Part shown: positions 1 to 11,188 of the stretch, one piece after another
Position numbering within the stretch: position 1 is the first letter of the stretch
Layout: every line of letters starts with the position of its first letter
Source of the DNA: Clostridiales bacterium
Lineage (GTDB): Bacteria > Bacillota > Clostridia > Peptostreptococcales > Natronincolaceae
Assembly: GCA_012519835.1 (NCBI GenBank)
Contig: JAAYPJ010000074.1
Location: 28,902-92,901, forward strand
Direction: 5' to 3'
Length of the DNA stretch: 64,000 nucleotides
Made by a program: the position numbers and the translations under genes
Notes under the pieces: model-generated
What the model was told of the DNA's origin: nothing
The model's input: the letters and a program-made list of their open reading frames with translations, nothing else
The model's database searches: none

Positions 1-469
1 GAAAGTATCCCAAAACAGAGGGAAAGCTGAGGCAATAAAGGAAGGCATAAAGTATTGTAAGGATAAAAGTGATATTATAATTTTACTGGATGCAGATTTG
101 ATAGGCCTGACTCCAAATCACATAAAGGCACTTGTTTTGCCAATATTCGAAAGAGATGTTGATATGACGATCGGGGTTTTTAAATCCGGAAGATACATTA
201 CAGATCTGGCCCAATCAATTGCACCGAACCTGTCAGGGCAAAGAGCAATAAAATTGAGTGTTGCACATGAAATTGTGGATATGGATATAAAAGGATATTG
301 TGTTGAAGCGGCATTTTCTCAATTGATAAAAAAATACAACCTCAATGTAGAGAATGTTGTATTAGAAAATGTAACTCATGTGACCAAGGAAGAAAAAGTA
401 GGGTTTATAAAGGGGATTACTTGGAGATTCCAAATGTATAAGGATATAGTAAAATATTTGATACATTAA
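1..469 (+). CDS. Family 2 glycosyltransferase, C-terminal part (5' end outside window)
   Basis: The frame is open from the window edge (..NRGKAEAIKEGIKYCKDKSDIIILLDADL..LSGQRA..). The track start at 98 is an internal TTG. The DxD-type LLDADL and SGQRA motifs match GT2 / glucosyl-3-phosphoglycerate-synthase-like enzymes and the paralog at 62954-63661. Confidence 0.7.
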   Translation, partial: KVSQNRGKAEAIKEGIKYCKDKSDIIILLDADLIGLTPNHIKALVLPIFERDVDMTIGVFKSGRYITDLAQSIAPNLSGQRAIKLSVAHEIVDMDIKGYCVEAAFSQLIKKYNLNVENVVLENVTHVTKEEKVGFIKGITWRFQMYKDIVKYLIH

Positions 470-488
470 ACAGAGAAAGAGGGATTTC

Positions 489-3400
489 ATGGCTCATTTT
501 AAGGGTATTAACTTCAATAATTTTTTGAATAGTTTCGGATTAGCTGAAAATCCATCTTATGAGTCCTGTTTTATAGAAAGGGTGCAATACTTTAAACGGA
601 GCAGAAAACTGTCATTACAAATAATAGGAAAAGAAATACTTGAATGTAAACAAATAGAAGAAACCCTGCATCAGTTAGAAGGGACAATAAAAAGGAAGTT
701 ACAATCCGATGTGGAAATTCATTTTTCATATGATGTAAAATATAATTCATTGGAAGAATTAATTGATATGAATTGGGCGAATTTATTATATATTTTACAA
801 AAAAACGTATCCTTGTTTAATCTCACTGAAAGTATTGTTAACAGAGACATTGTAGGTTCCAATCTAAAGCTTATTATCAGATCCGATGTCATTGGCGGAA
901 GGATACAGGGAAGGAAGGCGGAGTCTCAAGTAGAAAAATATTTTTCGGAACAGTTCGGTGTGACTGTTGACTGTGAAATTTACATAAATGGTGATCAAAG
1001 ACTTGACTCGGAAGAGTATGATTTGAACAAAAAAGAGTGCCCATCTTCAACTATTTTGTTGGGCAAAAAGTTTTCCGGGGAAGCCGATACAATTGCCAAT
1101 ATTGAACCTGATTCGGATAATGTAATTATTGAAGGGGAAATATTCGGTGTGGAAATAAAAGAATTAAGAGATGGCAAAAAGCTTGCAATTTTAAATATCA
1201 CGGATTATACAAATTCAATAGTAGCAAAAATTTTTGAAAAAGAAAATCAAACAACTAAATTTGAGGAAATATTTATCGAAGGAACAGCAATCAGAGCCAG
1301 GGGAAATGTCAGGTATGATAAATTTATAAAAGAAGATATTATCATGTTAACCGATGTTATGCAAGCAGATAAGACGGAAAGAAATGACTTACATTGCGAA
1401 AAAAGAATTGAACTGCATTTACATACACAGATGTCCGCCATGGATGGTGTTTCCGCTGTGGATGATTTTGTAAGACAAGCATCAAAATGGGGGCATAACG
1501 CCATAGCTATAACCGACCATGGTGTTGTACAAGCATTTCCGGAAGCTATGGATGCCGGTAAAAAACATGGAATTAAAATAATATATGGTGTGGAAGGTTA
1601 TCTAGTGAATGATAGGGTAGAGCTTGTGGAGGGAAATGATAATCATTCATTTGATGAAGAATTTATAGTTTTTGACATAGAAACCACCGGATTGTCGAGC
1701 AAAAATGACAGAATTACGGAAATAGGTGCGGTTAAGATAAAGGGCGGTAGAGTTATCGACAGTTATTCCGGTTTGGTAAATCCCGGAATAGATATACCGG
1801 CAAAAATTATAAAGCTGACCGGTATCACTGACGATATGGTCAAGGATAAACCGACCATAGAAACTGTTTTACCGGAATTTTTAAAATTTATAGGGGACAG
1901 GCCTGTGGTTGCCCATAATGCCGGTTTCGATATAGGGTTTATTAGGGAAAATATGAGAAAGATTGACGGTATTTTTACAAATACAATAGTTGACACCTTA
2001 AATTTATCGAGGGCCCTTCTACCGGACCTTAAAAGACATAGGTTGGACGTTGTTGCGAAGGAGCTAAACGTACCATTGCCAAACCATCATAGAGCATTGG
2101 GTGATGCCGAGGCTACAGCCGGAATATTTATAAGGCTCATAGAAATTATGAAAGCAGAGGGCATGACATCTTTAAAAAATATTAATAGCCGATTAGGTAC
2201 GGAGATTGATTTCAGAAAGTTAAAAACCTATCATATTGTTATTTTAGCAAGAAATCGAACAGGACTGGAGAATCTATATAAGATTGTGTCCGAATCGCAT
2301 CTGAATTATTTTTATAAGAAACCCAGAATACCTAAAAGTTTATTGGATAAATACAGGGAGGGCCTTATACTGGGTACGGCTTGTGAAGCGGGGGAATTAT
2401 TCCAAGGTATTCTATCAAATAAAACTATTGAACAAATGGAATGTATTGCCAATTACTATGATTATTTGGAAATACAGCCAACAGCCAATAATATGTTTTT
2501 AGTAGAGAAAGGTGAAGTCAAAGACGAGAATGAATTAAAAGAGATCAATAAAAAAATAGTGGAACTGGGGGATAAATTAAAAAAACCGGTTGTGGCCACC
2601 GGAGACGTTCATTTTCTAAATCCCGGTGACAGCATTTTTAGGCAAATACTGATGGCCGGGCAGGGGTTTGAAGATGTTGATAGTCAGACATCCCTATATT
2701 TTAAAACAACTGATGAGATGCTCGAGGATTTTTCGTATCTTGGGGAAGCAAAATGTGTAGAGGTAGTTATACAAAATCCGAATAAAATATGTGATGAAAT
2801 AGAGGATCTGATGCCAATCCCCGATGGAACATTTACACCTGAGATAGAAGGCTCGGAAGAAGAGTTAAAAAATATGTGTTATAATAGGGCTAGAGAAATT
2901 TACGGTGAAAATATGCCCATAATTGTGAAGAATCGATTGGATAGAGAATTGAATTCTATAATTGATAATGGGTATGCCGTTATGTATGTTATTGCGCATA
3001 AATTGGTTGCCAGATCCTTGAGTGACGGATATCTGGTGGGTTCCAGGGGTTCTGTGGGTTCTTCCTTTGCTGCTACCATGGGTGGGATAACCGAGGTGAA
3101 TCCCTTGCCGCCACATTATGTATGTCCAAAGTGCAAATATTCCAATTTTGTATTGGATGGTTCCTATGGTTCAGGCGTTGATTTACCGGATAAAAATTGC
3201 CCTGAGTGTAACGGAATACTTACTAAAGATGGTTATGATATACCGTTTGAGGTATTTCTCGGTTTCGAGGGCGATAAGGAACCGGATATCGATCTCAATT
3301 TTGCAAGTGAATACCAAAATGAAGCCCATAAATATATGGAGGAGCTTTTTGGGGAGGACAAGGTGTTTCGTGCCGGAACTATAGGAACCATAGGGGACAA

Positions 3401-4712
3401 GACAGCCTATGGATTTGTACGTAAATATATTGAAGAAAAGCAGCTACATTGTAACACAGCTGAAACAAATAGACTGGTCAGAGGATGCACAGGGGTAAAA
3501 AGGACTTCAGGGCAACACCCGGGAGGGATTATAATTGTACCTACCGATTATGACATATATAAGTTTACACCCATTCAATATCCTGCTAACGATTCAAAGT
3601 CAGGGGTGGTCACAACCCATTTTGATTATAACTCTATCAGTGGGAGGTTGTTAAAATTAGATATATTAGGCCATGACGTGCCGACCATTATAAGGATTCT
3701 TGAGGACTTGACCAATATCGATGTTCAAAACATACCACTGGATGATAAAAAAACGATGGGTATATTTACCGGCACAAAGCCCCTGGGGATACGTGCCCGC
3801 GATATAGATTGTAAGGTTGGGACCTTGGGGATACCTGAATTCGGCACTAAATTCGTTCGACAGATACTGATTGACACCCAGCCCAAAACCTTTGCGGAAT
3901 TGATCCGTATAAGTGGATTATCACACGGCACAGATGTATGGATTAACAATGCCCAGGAACTGGTCAGAAATAACATCGCAGGGCTAAAAGATGTTATTTC
4001 TACAAGGGATGATATTATGAACTATTTAATTCTAAGGGGACTTTCACCAAAAATCTCTTTCATGATTATGGAAGATATAAGGAGGGGGAAAGGGCTGACG
4101 GTAGAATATGAGCAAGCGATGAGGGAATGTGGCGTGCCGCAATGGTATATAGATTCTTGCAACAAAATCAAGTATATGTTTCCAAAAGCCCATGCAGCGG
4201 CATACGTTATGATGTCTTTTAGAATAGCATATTTTAAAGTGCACTATCCCAAGGCATTTTATGCCGCTTATTTTACAACAAAAGTGGAGGATTTTGATGC
4301 GGATTTTATAATAAAGGGGAAAGAAGCTGTCAAGGCCAAGATTAAAGAGATAAAATCGATAGGAAACGATGCTACCGCCAAGGAGAAAAACTATCTGGCT
4401 GTACTGGAAGTAGCATTAGAAGCATATTGTAGGGGAATTGAAATCCTACCCGTTGATTTATACAACTCAGATGCGGATAAATTTATGATAGTTGACGGAA
4501 AGTTGTTGCCACCCCTGAGGGGCCTACAGGGCATAGGTCAAAATGCTGTAAAAAGTATAGTCAAGGCTAGACGGCAAGGGGAATTTATATCACTGGAAGA
4601 TCTGAGAAACAGGGCAAAGGTTACAAAAACTGTTATGGAAACATTAATTGCTCACGGCTGTGTCGATGGATTGCCTGAAACCAATCAACTTTCACTGTTT
4701 TCGCTTGCATGA
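489..4712 (+). CDS. polC: DNA polymerase III alpha subunit, PolC type
   Basis: 1407 aa. It has a PHP motif (HLHTQMSAMDG), a DEDDh exonuclease insert (FDIETTGL..HRALGDA), a Zn finger (CPKCKYS..CPECNG) and a PolIIIA core (GSSFAATM, PDIDLNF). Confidence 0.98.
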   Translation: MAHFKGINFNNFLNSFGLAENPSYESCFIERVQYFKRSRKLSLQIIGKEILECKQIEETLHQLEGTIKRKLQSDVEIHFSYDVKYNSLEELIDMNWANLLYILQKNVSLFNLTESIVNRDIVGSNLKLIIRSDVIGGRIQGRKAESQVEKYFSEQFGVTVDCEIYINGDQRLDSEEYDLNKKECPSSTILLGKKFSGEADTIANIEPDSDNVIIEGEIFGVEIKELRDGKKLAILNITDYTNSIVAKIFEKENQTTKFEEIFIEGTAIRARGNVRYDKFIKEDIIMLTDVMQADKTERNDLHCEKRIELHLHTQMSAMDGVSAVDDFVRQASKWGHNAIAITDHGVVQAFPEAMDAGKKHGIKIIYGVEGYLVNDRVELVEGNDNHSFDEEFIVFDIETTGLSSKNDRITEIGAVKIKGGRVIDSYSGLVNPGIDIPAKIIKLTGITDDMVKDKPTIETVLPEFLKFIGDRPVVAHNAGFDIGFIRENMRKIDGIFTNTIVDTLNLSRALLPDLKRHRLDVVAKELNVPLPNHHRALGDAEATAGIFIRLIEIMKAEGMTSLKNINSRLGTEIDFRKLKTYHIVILARNRTGLENLYKIVSESHLNYFYKKPRIPKSLLDKYREGLILGTACEAGELFQGILSNKTIEQMECIANYYDYLEIQPTANNMFLVEKGEVKDENELKEINKKIVELGDKLKKPVVATGDVHFLNPGDSIFRQILMAGQGFEDVDSQTSLYFKTTDEMLEDFSYLGEAKCVEVVIQNPNKICDEIEDLMPIPDGTFTPEIEGSEEELKNMCYNRAREIYGENMPIIVKNRLDRELNSIIDNGYAVMYVIAHKLVARSLSDGYLVGSRGSVGSSFAATMGGITEVNPLPPHYVCPKCKYSNFVLDGSYGSGVDLPDKNCPECNGILTKDGYDIPFEVFLGFEGDKEPDIDLNFASEYQNEAHKYMEELFGEDKVFRAGTIGTIGDKTAYGFVRKYIEEKQLHCNTAETNRLVRGCTGVKRTSGQHPGGIIIVPTDYDIYKFTPIQYPANDSKSGVVTTHFDYNSISGRLLKLDILGHDVPTIIRILEDLTNIDVQNIPLDDKKTMGIFTGTKPLGIRARDIDCKVGTLGIPEFGTKFVRQILIDTQPKTFAELIRISGLSHGTDVWINNAQELVRNNIAGLKDVISTRDDIMNYLILRGLSPKISFMIMEDIRRGKGLTVEYEQAMRECGVPQWYIDSCNKIKYMFPKAHAAAYVMMSFRIAYFKVHYPKAFYAAYFTTKVEDFDADFIIKGKEAVKAKIKEIKSIGNDATAKEKNYLAVLEVALEAYCRGIEILPVDLYNSDADKFMIVDGKLLPPLRGLQGIGQNAVKSIVKARRQGEFISLEDLRNRAKVTKTVMETLIAHGCVDGLPETNQLSLFSLA

Positions 4713-4758
4713 TATTACCATATGTGTTATACTGTGATGAACAACATATGATACCTTA

Positions 4759-4790
4759 AAAGAGTGGGGTTTCCCACTCTTTCTATTATA
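4759..4790 (+). terminator. Intrinsic terminator after polC
   Basis: AAAGAGTGGG-gttt-CCCACTCTTT followed by a T-rich tail. Confidence 0.7.
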
Positions 4791-4875
4791 TATTGTGGAC
4801 ATAATGATATATAACTGGAGAAATAATAAAAACTATGAACAAAAACACAACAAAATTTAATATTGGAGGTGTGTG

Positions 4876-5340
4876 ATGGCTAAAAATCGAGTTGAAGAAA
4901 TTGCGGAGAAATTGGCAATTCCGATTATGGAAAAAGAAAAGATTGAATTAGTGGATATAGAATATAAAAAAGAGGGTGCTGATTGGTATCTAAGATTATA
5001 TATAGACAAACCCGGTGGGATTACGTTGGATGATTGTCAAAAAGTGAGTGAACAGTTAGGCAAAGAACTCGACAGAGAGGATCCTATAAAGGGGAATTAT
5101 TTTTTACAAGTGTCGTCACCGGGACTTGATAGACCGCTAAAAAAAGAAAGAGATTTTGTTCGATGTAAGGGCAAAATGGTAGAGGTTAAATTATACAAAG
5201 CATTGAATGGAAACAAGGTTATAGAAGGTGAGCTTATTGGATTAGAAAATAACATAATTAAACTCAATGTTGCTAATGTTGGATTAGTGGAGTTACCGAA
5301 GGAAAAGGTCGCTTTAACAAGGTTAGCCATCAAATTTTAG
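4876..5340 (+). CDS. rimP: Ribosome maturation factor RimP
   Basis: RimP-like sequence (YLRLYIDKPGGITLDDCQKVS, SSPGLDRPL) in the conserved position before nusA. ATG at 4876 lies 6 nt after GGAGGTG. Confidence 0.9.
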   Translation: MAKNRVEEIAEKLAIPIMEKEKIELVDIEYKKEGADWYLRLYIDKPGGITLDDCQKVSEQLGKELDREDPIKGNYFLQVSSPGLDRPLKKERDFVRCKGKMVEVKLYKALNGNKVIEGELIGLENNIIKLNVANVGLVELPKEKVALTRLAIKF

Positions 5341-5353
5341 GGAGGTTTATGGG

Positions 5354-6391
5354 ATGAATGTTGAGTTTACAAAAGCCCTTGAACAGATAGAAAAGGATAA
5401 AGGTATTTCAAAGGATCTGTTGATAGAAGCTGTGGAGGCTGCCTTGATTTCAAGTTACAAGAGAAACTTTGGTTCTGCCCAAAATGTAAGAGTTGAAATT
5501 GATCGCAATACAGGAGAGGTTAATGTATATAGTAGGAAAACAATAACCGATAATGTAACAGATGATCTGTTAGAAATTCATATTGAAGATGCAAAAAAAT
5601 ATAACATAAATTATGGAATAGGGGACATTTTTGAGGATAAGGTTACACCTCGAAATTTTGGAAGGATTGCCGCCCAGACAGCCAAACAGGTAGTTGTACA
5701 AAGGATAAGGGAAGCAGAACGGGGTATTGTATATGATGAATTTATCAATAGGGAGTCGGAAATTATTACCGGAGAGGTCTCCAGGGTTTCGAGGGGTAGT
5801 GTTTATATCAGTCTGGGAAGAACTGAAGCCATTTTGGGGCCCAGTGAACAAATTCCAAATGAGGAATACAAGCATGGAGACAGATTGAAATGTTATATAG
5901 TAGAGGTTAAGAAAACAACCAAGGGTCCACAGATACTGCTATCGAGGACACACCCCGGTTTAGTAAAACGTTTATTTGAATTTGAAGTGCCCGAGATTCA
6001 TGACGGAATTGTAGAAATAAAGAGTATTTCAAGGGAGGCAGGTTCAAGAACGAAAATAGCGGTAGACTCTAGGGACCCGAATGTGGACTCTGTTGGAGCG
6101 TGTGTAGGACCGAAGGGGATAAGGGTACAGGCTATCGTAAATGAGTTAAACGGTGAAAAGATTGATATAATCAAATATAGTGAAGATCCGGAAAAATTTA
6201 TAGCCAGTTCTTTAAGTCCTGCAAAAGTTATATTATGTGAGGTTGATCCTGATGAAAAAACAGCAAAGGTGATCGTGCCGGATTACCAACTTTCCTTAGC
6301 TATTGGAAAAGAAGGGCAAAACGCCAGATTAGCCGCAAAATTAACTGGATGGAAGATTGATATAAAAAGCGAAGATCAGATCAATGATTAA
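5354..6391 (+). CDS. nusA: Transcription termination/antitermination factor NusA
   Basis: 345 aa with an N-terminal domain, an S1 domain and two KH domains (GACVGPKGIRVQ, AIGKEGQNARLA). Confidence 0.97.
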   Translation: MNVEFTKALEQIEKDKGISKDLLIEAVEAALISSYKRNFGSAQNVRVEIDRNTGEVNVYSRKTITDNVTDDLLEIHIEDAKKYNINYGIGDIFEDKVTPRNFGRIAAQTAKQVVVQRIREAERGIVYDEFINRESEIITGEVSRVSRGSVYISLGRTEAILGPSEQIPNEEYKHGDRLKCYIVEVKKTTKGPQILLSRTHPGLVKRLFEFEVPEIHDGIVEIKSISREAGSRTKIAVDSRDPNVDSVGACVGPKGIRVQAIVNELNGEKIDIIKYSEDPEKFIASSLSPAKVILCEVDPDEKTAKVIVPDYQLSLAIGKEGQNARLAAKLTGWKIDIKSEDQIND

Positions 6392-6404
6392 TTGGGGTGA
6401 TAAA

Positions 6405-6689
6405 ATGAAGACTAAAAGAAAAAAGATCCCTCTGAGAAAATGTCTTGGATGTGGTGAAATGAAACCCAAGAAAGAATTATTGAGGGTAACCCATAATTCA
6501 CAGGGAATTATAAGTGTGGATCTTACCGGCAGGGCGCATGGTAGAGGGGCATACATTTGTAATTCAAAACAGTGTTTTGAAAAAGCCAAGAAAACAAAAG
6601 CATTTAATAAAGCGTTTAAATCCGATGTCCCTGAAGAGATATATGAGGACCTCATAAAGGAACTCACCAAAAATGAACAAGGGGACTGA
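6405..6689 (+). CDS. ylxR: YlxR/RnpM family (DUF448) RNA-binding protein
   Basis: Has the PLRKCLGCGEMKPKKELLRV and GRGAYIC motifs. ATG at 6405 follows GGGGTGA. Lies in the nusA-ylxR-infB context. Confidence 0.85.
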   Translation: MKTKRKKIPLRKCLGCGEMKPKKELLRVTHNSQGIISVDLTGRAHGRGAYICNSKQCFEKAKKTKAFNKAFKSDVPEEIYEDLIKELTKNEQGD

Positions 6690-6820
6690 AAAGTTTGTTA
6701 AATGGCGTTATTGGAAAAGCTATAGCATAACGGCAGAAATTATTTAAGGAATTTTGTTTGAAAACTGACAAGGTTTTTTGATGATATTGTAGTAGAATAA
6801 TTAATTAGGGGGTGAATTAT

Positions 6821-8923
6821 TTGTCGAAGGTAAGGGTATATCAGTTAGCAAAGAAGATAGGAATAAGCAACAAAGAGTTGATTAAAAAGTTGAACGAGTT
6901 ATCTATTGAAGTCAGCAGTCATATGAGCACATTGGACAGCGAAAACGCAAATATAGTTATAGAACTGCTTACCGAGGAAACAGATAAAACAGATACACCG
7001 TTAGACATCAAAAATAAAGAATCAAACGATAAAAAAAATCAATCCGTAAAAAAGGTAAAAACAGTGAAAGATAAGGAAAGTCCCCCAACAGACACAGGTG
7101 ACGAAAGGGACATAAAGGATAAACATAAACGTTCTAAAAAAGGCGTTGATAAAAAAATACAGGGTAAAAGTGATCGGATAATACAATTGCAAAGCAGGGT
7201 AACAGTAAAGGAGTTGGCGGAGGCCATAGATAAAAGTGTCAGTGAAATAATTAAAAAACTTCTAAGTTTGGGTACGATAGCGACAATTAATCAGGAGGTG
7301 GATTATGATACAGCAAAAACCGTAGCCACAGAATTCGGGTTAAAAGTGGAACCGATGGAAGACACGGACGACGGTATTATAGAGGATATTGAAATTATAC
7401 CCGACAAACCTGAAGATTTGAAGCCCAGGCCACCTGTAGTAACTGTTATGGGACATGTCGATCATGGCAAAACTTCGCTATTAGATGCAATACGCAACAC
7501 TAAGGTAACAACTAAAGAGGCGGGGGGTATCACACAACATATAGGGGCCTCGGAGGTAAAAGTCAACAATAAAAAAATAGTTTTCCTGGATACCCCGGGT
7601 CACGAAGCGTTTGCATCGATGCGTGCCAGGGGTGCAAGGGTGACAGATATAGCCGTTTTGGTAGTTGCTGCCGATGATGGTGTTATGCCACAAACAGTGG
7701 AAGCTATTAACCATGCCAAGGCCGCAGGGGTTCCTGTTATTGTGGCTATAAACAAGATGGACAAATCTACCGCCAATCCGGACAGAGTAAAGCAGGAATT
7801 AGCGGATCACGGTCTCATAATAGAGGAATGGGGCGGGGATGTTATTGCTGTTCCTGTTTCTGCTCTCAGTGGAGATAATATAGAGACTTTGCTGGAAATG
7901 GTTTTGTTGGTTGCGGAGGTAGAAGAACTTACCGCAAATCCGAATCGCAAGGCCGTAGGTATCGTTATAGAGGCCAGGTTGGATGTGGGCAGGGGATCGG
8001 TAGCAACAGTTTTGGTGCAAAATGGAACATTGAAGATTGGAGATTCTGTTGTAATCGGAACTGCGTATGGTAAAATCAGGGCTATGATGAACGACAAAGG
8101 AAAAAGAGTAAAAACGGCAGGTCCCTCAACTGCTGTAGAGATTACCGGTTTGTCTGAAGTGCCGGAAGCAGGAGAACAGATGTTTGTGGTGGAAGACGAT
8201 AAGGTTGCAAAAACCATTGTTCAAGGTAGAATTGACAGGATTAAGGCAAAACAACTGAAATCCAGTCAGAAGGTTTCCCTGGATGCATTATTCAACCAAA
8301 TGGAAGAAGGGCAAATTAAGGAACTTAATATTATAGTAAAAGCAGATGTACAGGGCTCTTTGGAGGCTGTAAAACAGTCATTGGTTAAACTATCGGGTGA
8401 TCAAATATCTATAAATATTATACACGGTGGAGTAGGTGGAATAACCGAAACAGATGTAATGTTGGCAGCTGCATCCAACGCTATAATTATCGGATTTAAT
8501 GTTCGCCCAATCCCCAGTGCCGGCATCCTGGCTAAGAAAGAAAGTGTAGATATAAGAAGTTACCGCGTTATTTATAAAGCAATTGAGGACATCGAAGCAG
8601 CTATGAAAGGTATGCTCGATCCGGAATTTGAGGAAGTGGAGCTGGGTAAAGCTGAAGTAAGGGCCACATTCAAGGTCCCGGGGGTGGGCACAATCGCCGG
8701 ATGTTATGTGATCGAAGGTAGGATATTAAAAAACGCGAAAACTCGATTGGTCAGAGACGGCATAATAATCCATGAGGGTTCTATCAGTTCCTTGAAAAGG
8801 TTCAAGGATGATGCAAGGGAGGTAACCGCCGGATTTGAATGCGGTATTGGCATAGGTCAATTTAATGATGTCAAGGAAGGAGACATTATTGAAGCATATC
8901 AAATGAGCGAAATAGAAAGATAA
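6821..8923 (+). CDS. infB: Translation initiation factor IF-2
   Basis: The GTPase G-motifs are present ([18 protein letters not shown]). The N-terminus [11 protein letters not shown] is obtained from TTG 6821, 9 nt after GGGGG. The track start at 6812 is probably 3 codons too early. Confidence 0.96.
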   Translation: MSKVRVYQLAKKIGISNKELIKKLNELSIEVSSHMSTLDSENANIVIELLTEETDKTDTPLDIKNKESNDKKNQSVKKVKTVKDKESPPTDTGDERDIKDKHKRSKKGVDKKIQGKSDRIIQLQSRVTVKELAEAIDKSVSEIIKKLLSLGTIATINQEVDYDTAKTVATEFGLKVEPMEDTDDGIIEDIEIIPDKPEDLKPRPPVVTVMGHVDHGKTSLLDAIRNTKVTTKEAGGITQHIGASEVKVNNKKIVFLDTPGHEAFASMRARGARVTDIAVLVVAADDGVMPQTVEAINHAKAAGVPVIVAINKMDKSTANPDRVKQELADHGLIIEEWGGDVIAVPVSALSGDNIETLLEMVLLVAEVEELTANPNRKAVGIVIEARLDVGRGSVATVLVQNGTLKIGDSVVIGTAYGKIRAMMNDKGKRVKTAGPSTAVEITGLSEVPEAGEQMFVVEDDKVAKTIVQGRIDRIKAKQLKSSQKVSLDALFNQMEEGQIKELNIIVKADVQGSLEAVKQSLVKLSGDQISINIIHGGVGGITETDVMLAAASNAIIIGFNVRPIPSAGILAKKESVDIRSYRVIYKAIEDIEAAMKGMLDPEFEEVELGKAEVRATFKVPGVGTIAGCYVIEGRILKNAKTRLVRDGIIIHEGSISSLKRFKDDAREVTAGFECGIGIGQFNDVKEGDIIEAYQMSEIER

Positions 8924-8942
8924 AGCAGAAAGGGATGATGAT

Positions 8943-9326
8943 ATGTCATATCCTAGAGAAAAGCGTTTAGCAGAAGAAATTAAAAAGATAGCCAGTGATA
9001 TAATCAGAAATGAATTAAAAGACCCGAGGGTTTCACCTATGACCAGTATAACAGAAGTAGACCTGACCAGGGACCTGAGATATGTCAATATTTATGTCAG
9101 TATATTGGGTGATGAAGAGGAAAAAAGGGAAACGGTGGAGGGCCTGACGAGGGCCAGTGGATTCATACGCAGAGAAATAGGAAAAAATATAAAAGCCAGA
9201 TATACCCCGGAGGTAATATTCAAATTAGATAATTCTATTGAAAGAGGAATTCATATGTACAATATAATCACAAAAGTCAGTGAACAGGAAAAATCTGTTC
9301 CGGATGGAGATAAACCTGATGAATAA
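8943..9326 (+). CDS. rbfA: Ribosome-binding factor A
   Basis: RbfA family sequence ([37 protein letters not shown]), located downstream of infB. Confidence 0.9.
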   Translation: MSYPREKRLAEEIKKIASDIIRNELKDPRVSPMTSITEVDLTRDLRYVNIYVSILGDEEEKRETVEGLTRASGFIRREIGKNIKARYTPEVIFKLDNSIERGIHMYNIITKVSEQEKSVPDGDKPDE

Positions 9327-10281
9327 ATTGGCAAGAATAATTTCGAATAGTAACAGTATAGCAATCACATCCCACATTGACCCGGATGGTGATAGTATAG
9401 GATCCATGCTTGCCCTGTGGTCGGCATTGAGGCAGAAATGTAGAAATGTGGAAGCTTTTATTGACGATGTTCTGCCCCGTAAATATGATTTTTTACCACA
9501 ATCAAAGTATGTTAAAAAATATAAGGATGTTGAGGGGAAAGATTTTGATCTGTTTTTCGCGTTGGATTGTGGCAACAAAGCAAGGTTGGGTCACGGCGCA
9601 GAGGCTATGGAAAACAGTAAGATTGTTGTTAACATAGATCATCATATCAGCAACACGGAATTTGGTGATATCAACATTATAGATATAAACTCGTCATCTA
9701 CCTGTGAAATGATTTATTCTATTATAAAGGATATGGGATTAATAATAGATAAACAGATTGCTACATGTATATATGTAGGTATTGTTACCGATAGTGGTAA
9801 TTTTATGTATGACAACGTCACGGAAAAAACCCATCTGATAGTTGCGGACTTAATGAAAACTGATATAGCTAAACAGGATATCATATATAATCTTTATCAG
9901 AAAAAATCTATAAATAGTTTGAGGTTTTTGGGTTATTCACTCACCAACATGGACGTAGAGCTCGGGGGTCGTCTTGCAATTTTTCAGATTTCATCTGACT
10001 TGCTAAAAAAATTTAATATTCCGGGTGACGATGTGGAAAGTCTTGTGAATTACGGCAGGGATATAGAGGGTATCGATATAGCGGTAACCATGATGGAAAA
10101 GGGTGATAATAAGGTTAAACTCAGTTTCAGATCAAAGCATGATGATATAGATGTCAGGGCTCTGGCACAGCTATTTAACGGTGGGGGCCATAAAAAGGCA
10201 TCCGGTGCCATGCTAAATTCTACTTTAGATGAAGCAAGAAATCAGGTTATAGAAAAAGCAAAACAATTTGTAAGACGGTGA
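9319..10281 (+). CDS. nrnA: DHH/DHHA1 phosphoesterase (NrnA-like oligoribonuclease / pAp phosphatase)
   Basis: Has the DHH motifs ([23 protein letters not shown]). ATG at 9319 overlaps the rbfA stop; the track start at 9280 lies inside rbfA. Confidence 0.8.
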   Translation: MNKLARIISNSNSIAITSHIDPDGDSIGSMLALWSALRQKCRNVEAFIDDVLPRKYDFLPQSKYVKKYKDVEGKDFDLFFALDCGNKARLGHGAEAMENSKIVVNIDHHISNTEFGDINIIDINSSSTCEMIYSIIKDMGLIIDKQIATCIYVGIVTDSGNFMYDNVTEKTHLIVADLMKTDIAKQDIIYNLYQKKSINSLRFLGYSLTNMDVELGGRLAIFQISSDLLKKFNIPGDDVESLVNYGRDIEGIDIAVTMMEKGDNKVKLSFRSKHDDIDVRALAQLFNGGGHKKASGAMLNSTLDEARNQVIEKAKQFVRR

Positions 10282-11186
10282 TTTTTTTGAATGGTATTTT
10301 AAATATTTTAAAACCCCCGGGAATGACTTCCCATGACGTTGTATCGGTTATCAGAAAACAATTAAATATCAAAAAGGTGGGGCATGCAGGGACATTAGAT
10401 CCCAATGCAGCGGGTGTTCTACCTATTTGTGTTGGACAGGCAACAAAAATATCCCAATACCTTCTCGATAGTACGAAAAAATATCGGGCTGAATTAACTC
10501 TGGGCATTGAAACAGATACAGACGATATATACGGGACAGTTAAAAACAGGTCTTTAGTTATACCGCCAAGGGAAGAAATTGAAAAGGCTATATTGAGCTT
10601 TGCCGGGACTTACAATCAAGTACCTCCCATGTATTCAGCGATTAAAATTAGGGGGAAAAAGCTTTACGAGTTAGCGAGGAAAGGAATAGAAATCGAAAGG
10701 AATTCAAGAACCGTAACAATTTATAATATAGACATTATTGAAATCAAGGATAATAAGGTGATGTTTGATGTCTTGTGTTCTAAGGGCACCTATATACGTG
10801 CATTATGCAGGGATATTGGAAATATGCTGGGTTGCGGTGGAACAATGTCATTTTTGCTCAGGACAAAATCCAGTGGACTCGATTTAGAAACCGCAATAAC
10901 TATGGAAGAACTATCAGAGGCCAAAGAGGTTAAGAGTTTATTGTTACCTTTGGATTTTCCTTTGAAACATATGCCCAAGATCATTGTAAAACCTGAGTCT
11001 ATCAGACAAGCACTGAACGGAAATAATATTTATTCCTATTGTTCAATAAACGGTGAAAAAATTTCATCGGGAACAAGGGTGCGTATTTATATTAAAAAAC
11101 AATTTATCGGTTTCGGGATTGTAAAATGTGATAATATTGATATGAACTACATTAAAGTTTTGAGGCTCTTGCTTGAGAGGGAGTAA
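10278..11186 (+). CDS. truB: tRNA pseudouridine-55 synthase
   Basis: Has GILNILKPPGMTSHDV and GHAGTLDPNAAGVL (catalytic Asp). The start may instead be TTG 10287, which gives MNGILN. Confidence 0.93.
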   Translation: MIFLNGILNILKPPGMTSHDVVSVIRKQLNIKKVGHAGTLDPNAAGVLPICVGQATKISQYLLDSTKKYRAELTLGIETDTDDIYGTVKNRSLVIPPREEIEKAILSFAGTYNQVPPMYSAIKIRGKKLYELARKGIEIERNSRTVTIYNIDIIEIKDNKVMFDVLCSKGTYIRALCRDIGNMLGCGGTMSFLLRTKSSGLDLETAITMEELSEAKEVKSLLLPLDFPLKHMPKIIVKPESIRQALNGNNIYSYCSINGEKISSGTRVRIYIKKQFIGFGIVKCDNIDMNYIKVLRLLLERE

Positions 11187-11188
11187 AT

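Noticed and set aside
1-469. GT2 paralogs at both window edges (1-469 on +, 62954-63661 on -), roughly symmetric about the convergence point.
   Set aside because: They share the family motifs (DADL, SGQRA) but are clearly diverged. The symmetric placement is most simply coincidence, and nothing in the sequence indicates a recent inverted duplication.
6690-6811. Possible decayed remnant of ylxQ (frame giving SLLNGVIGKAIA*).
   Set aside because: The only resemblance is a vague 12-residue similarity to the L7Ae-like N-terminus, interrupted by stops. It cannot be distinguished from chance without alignment tools.
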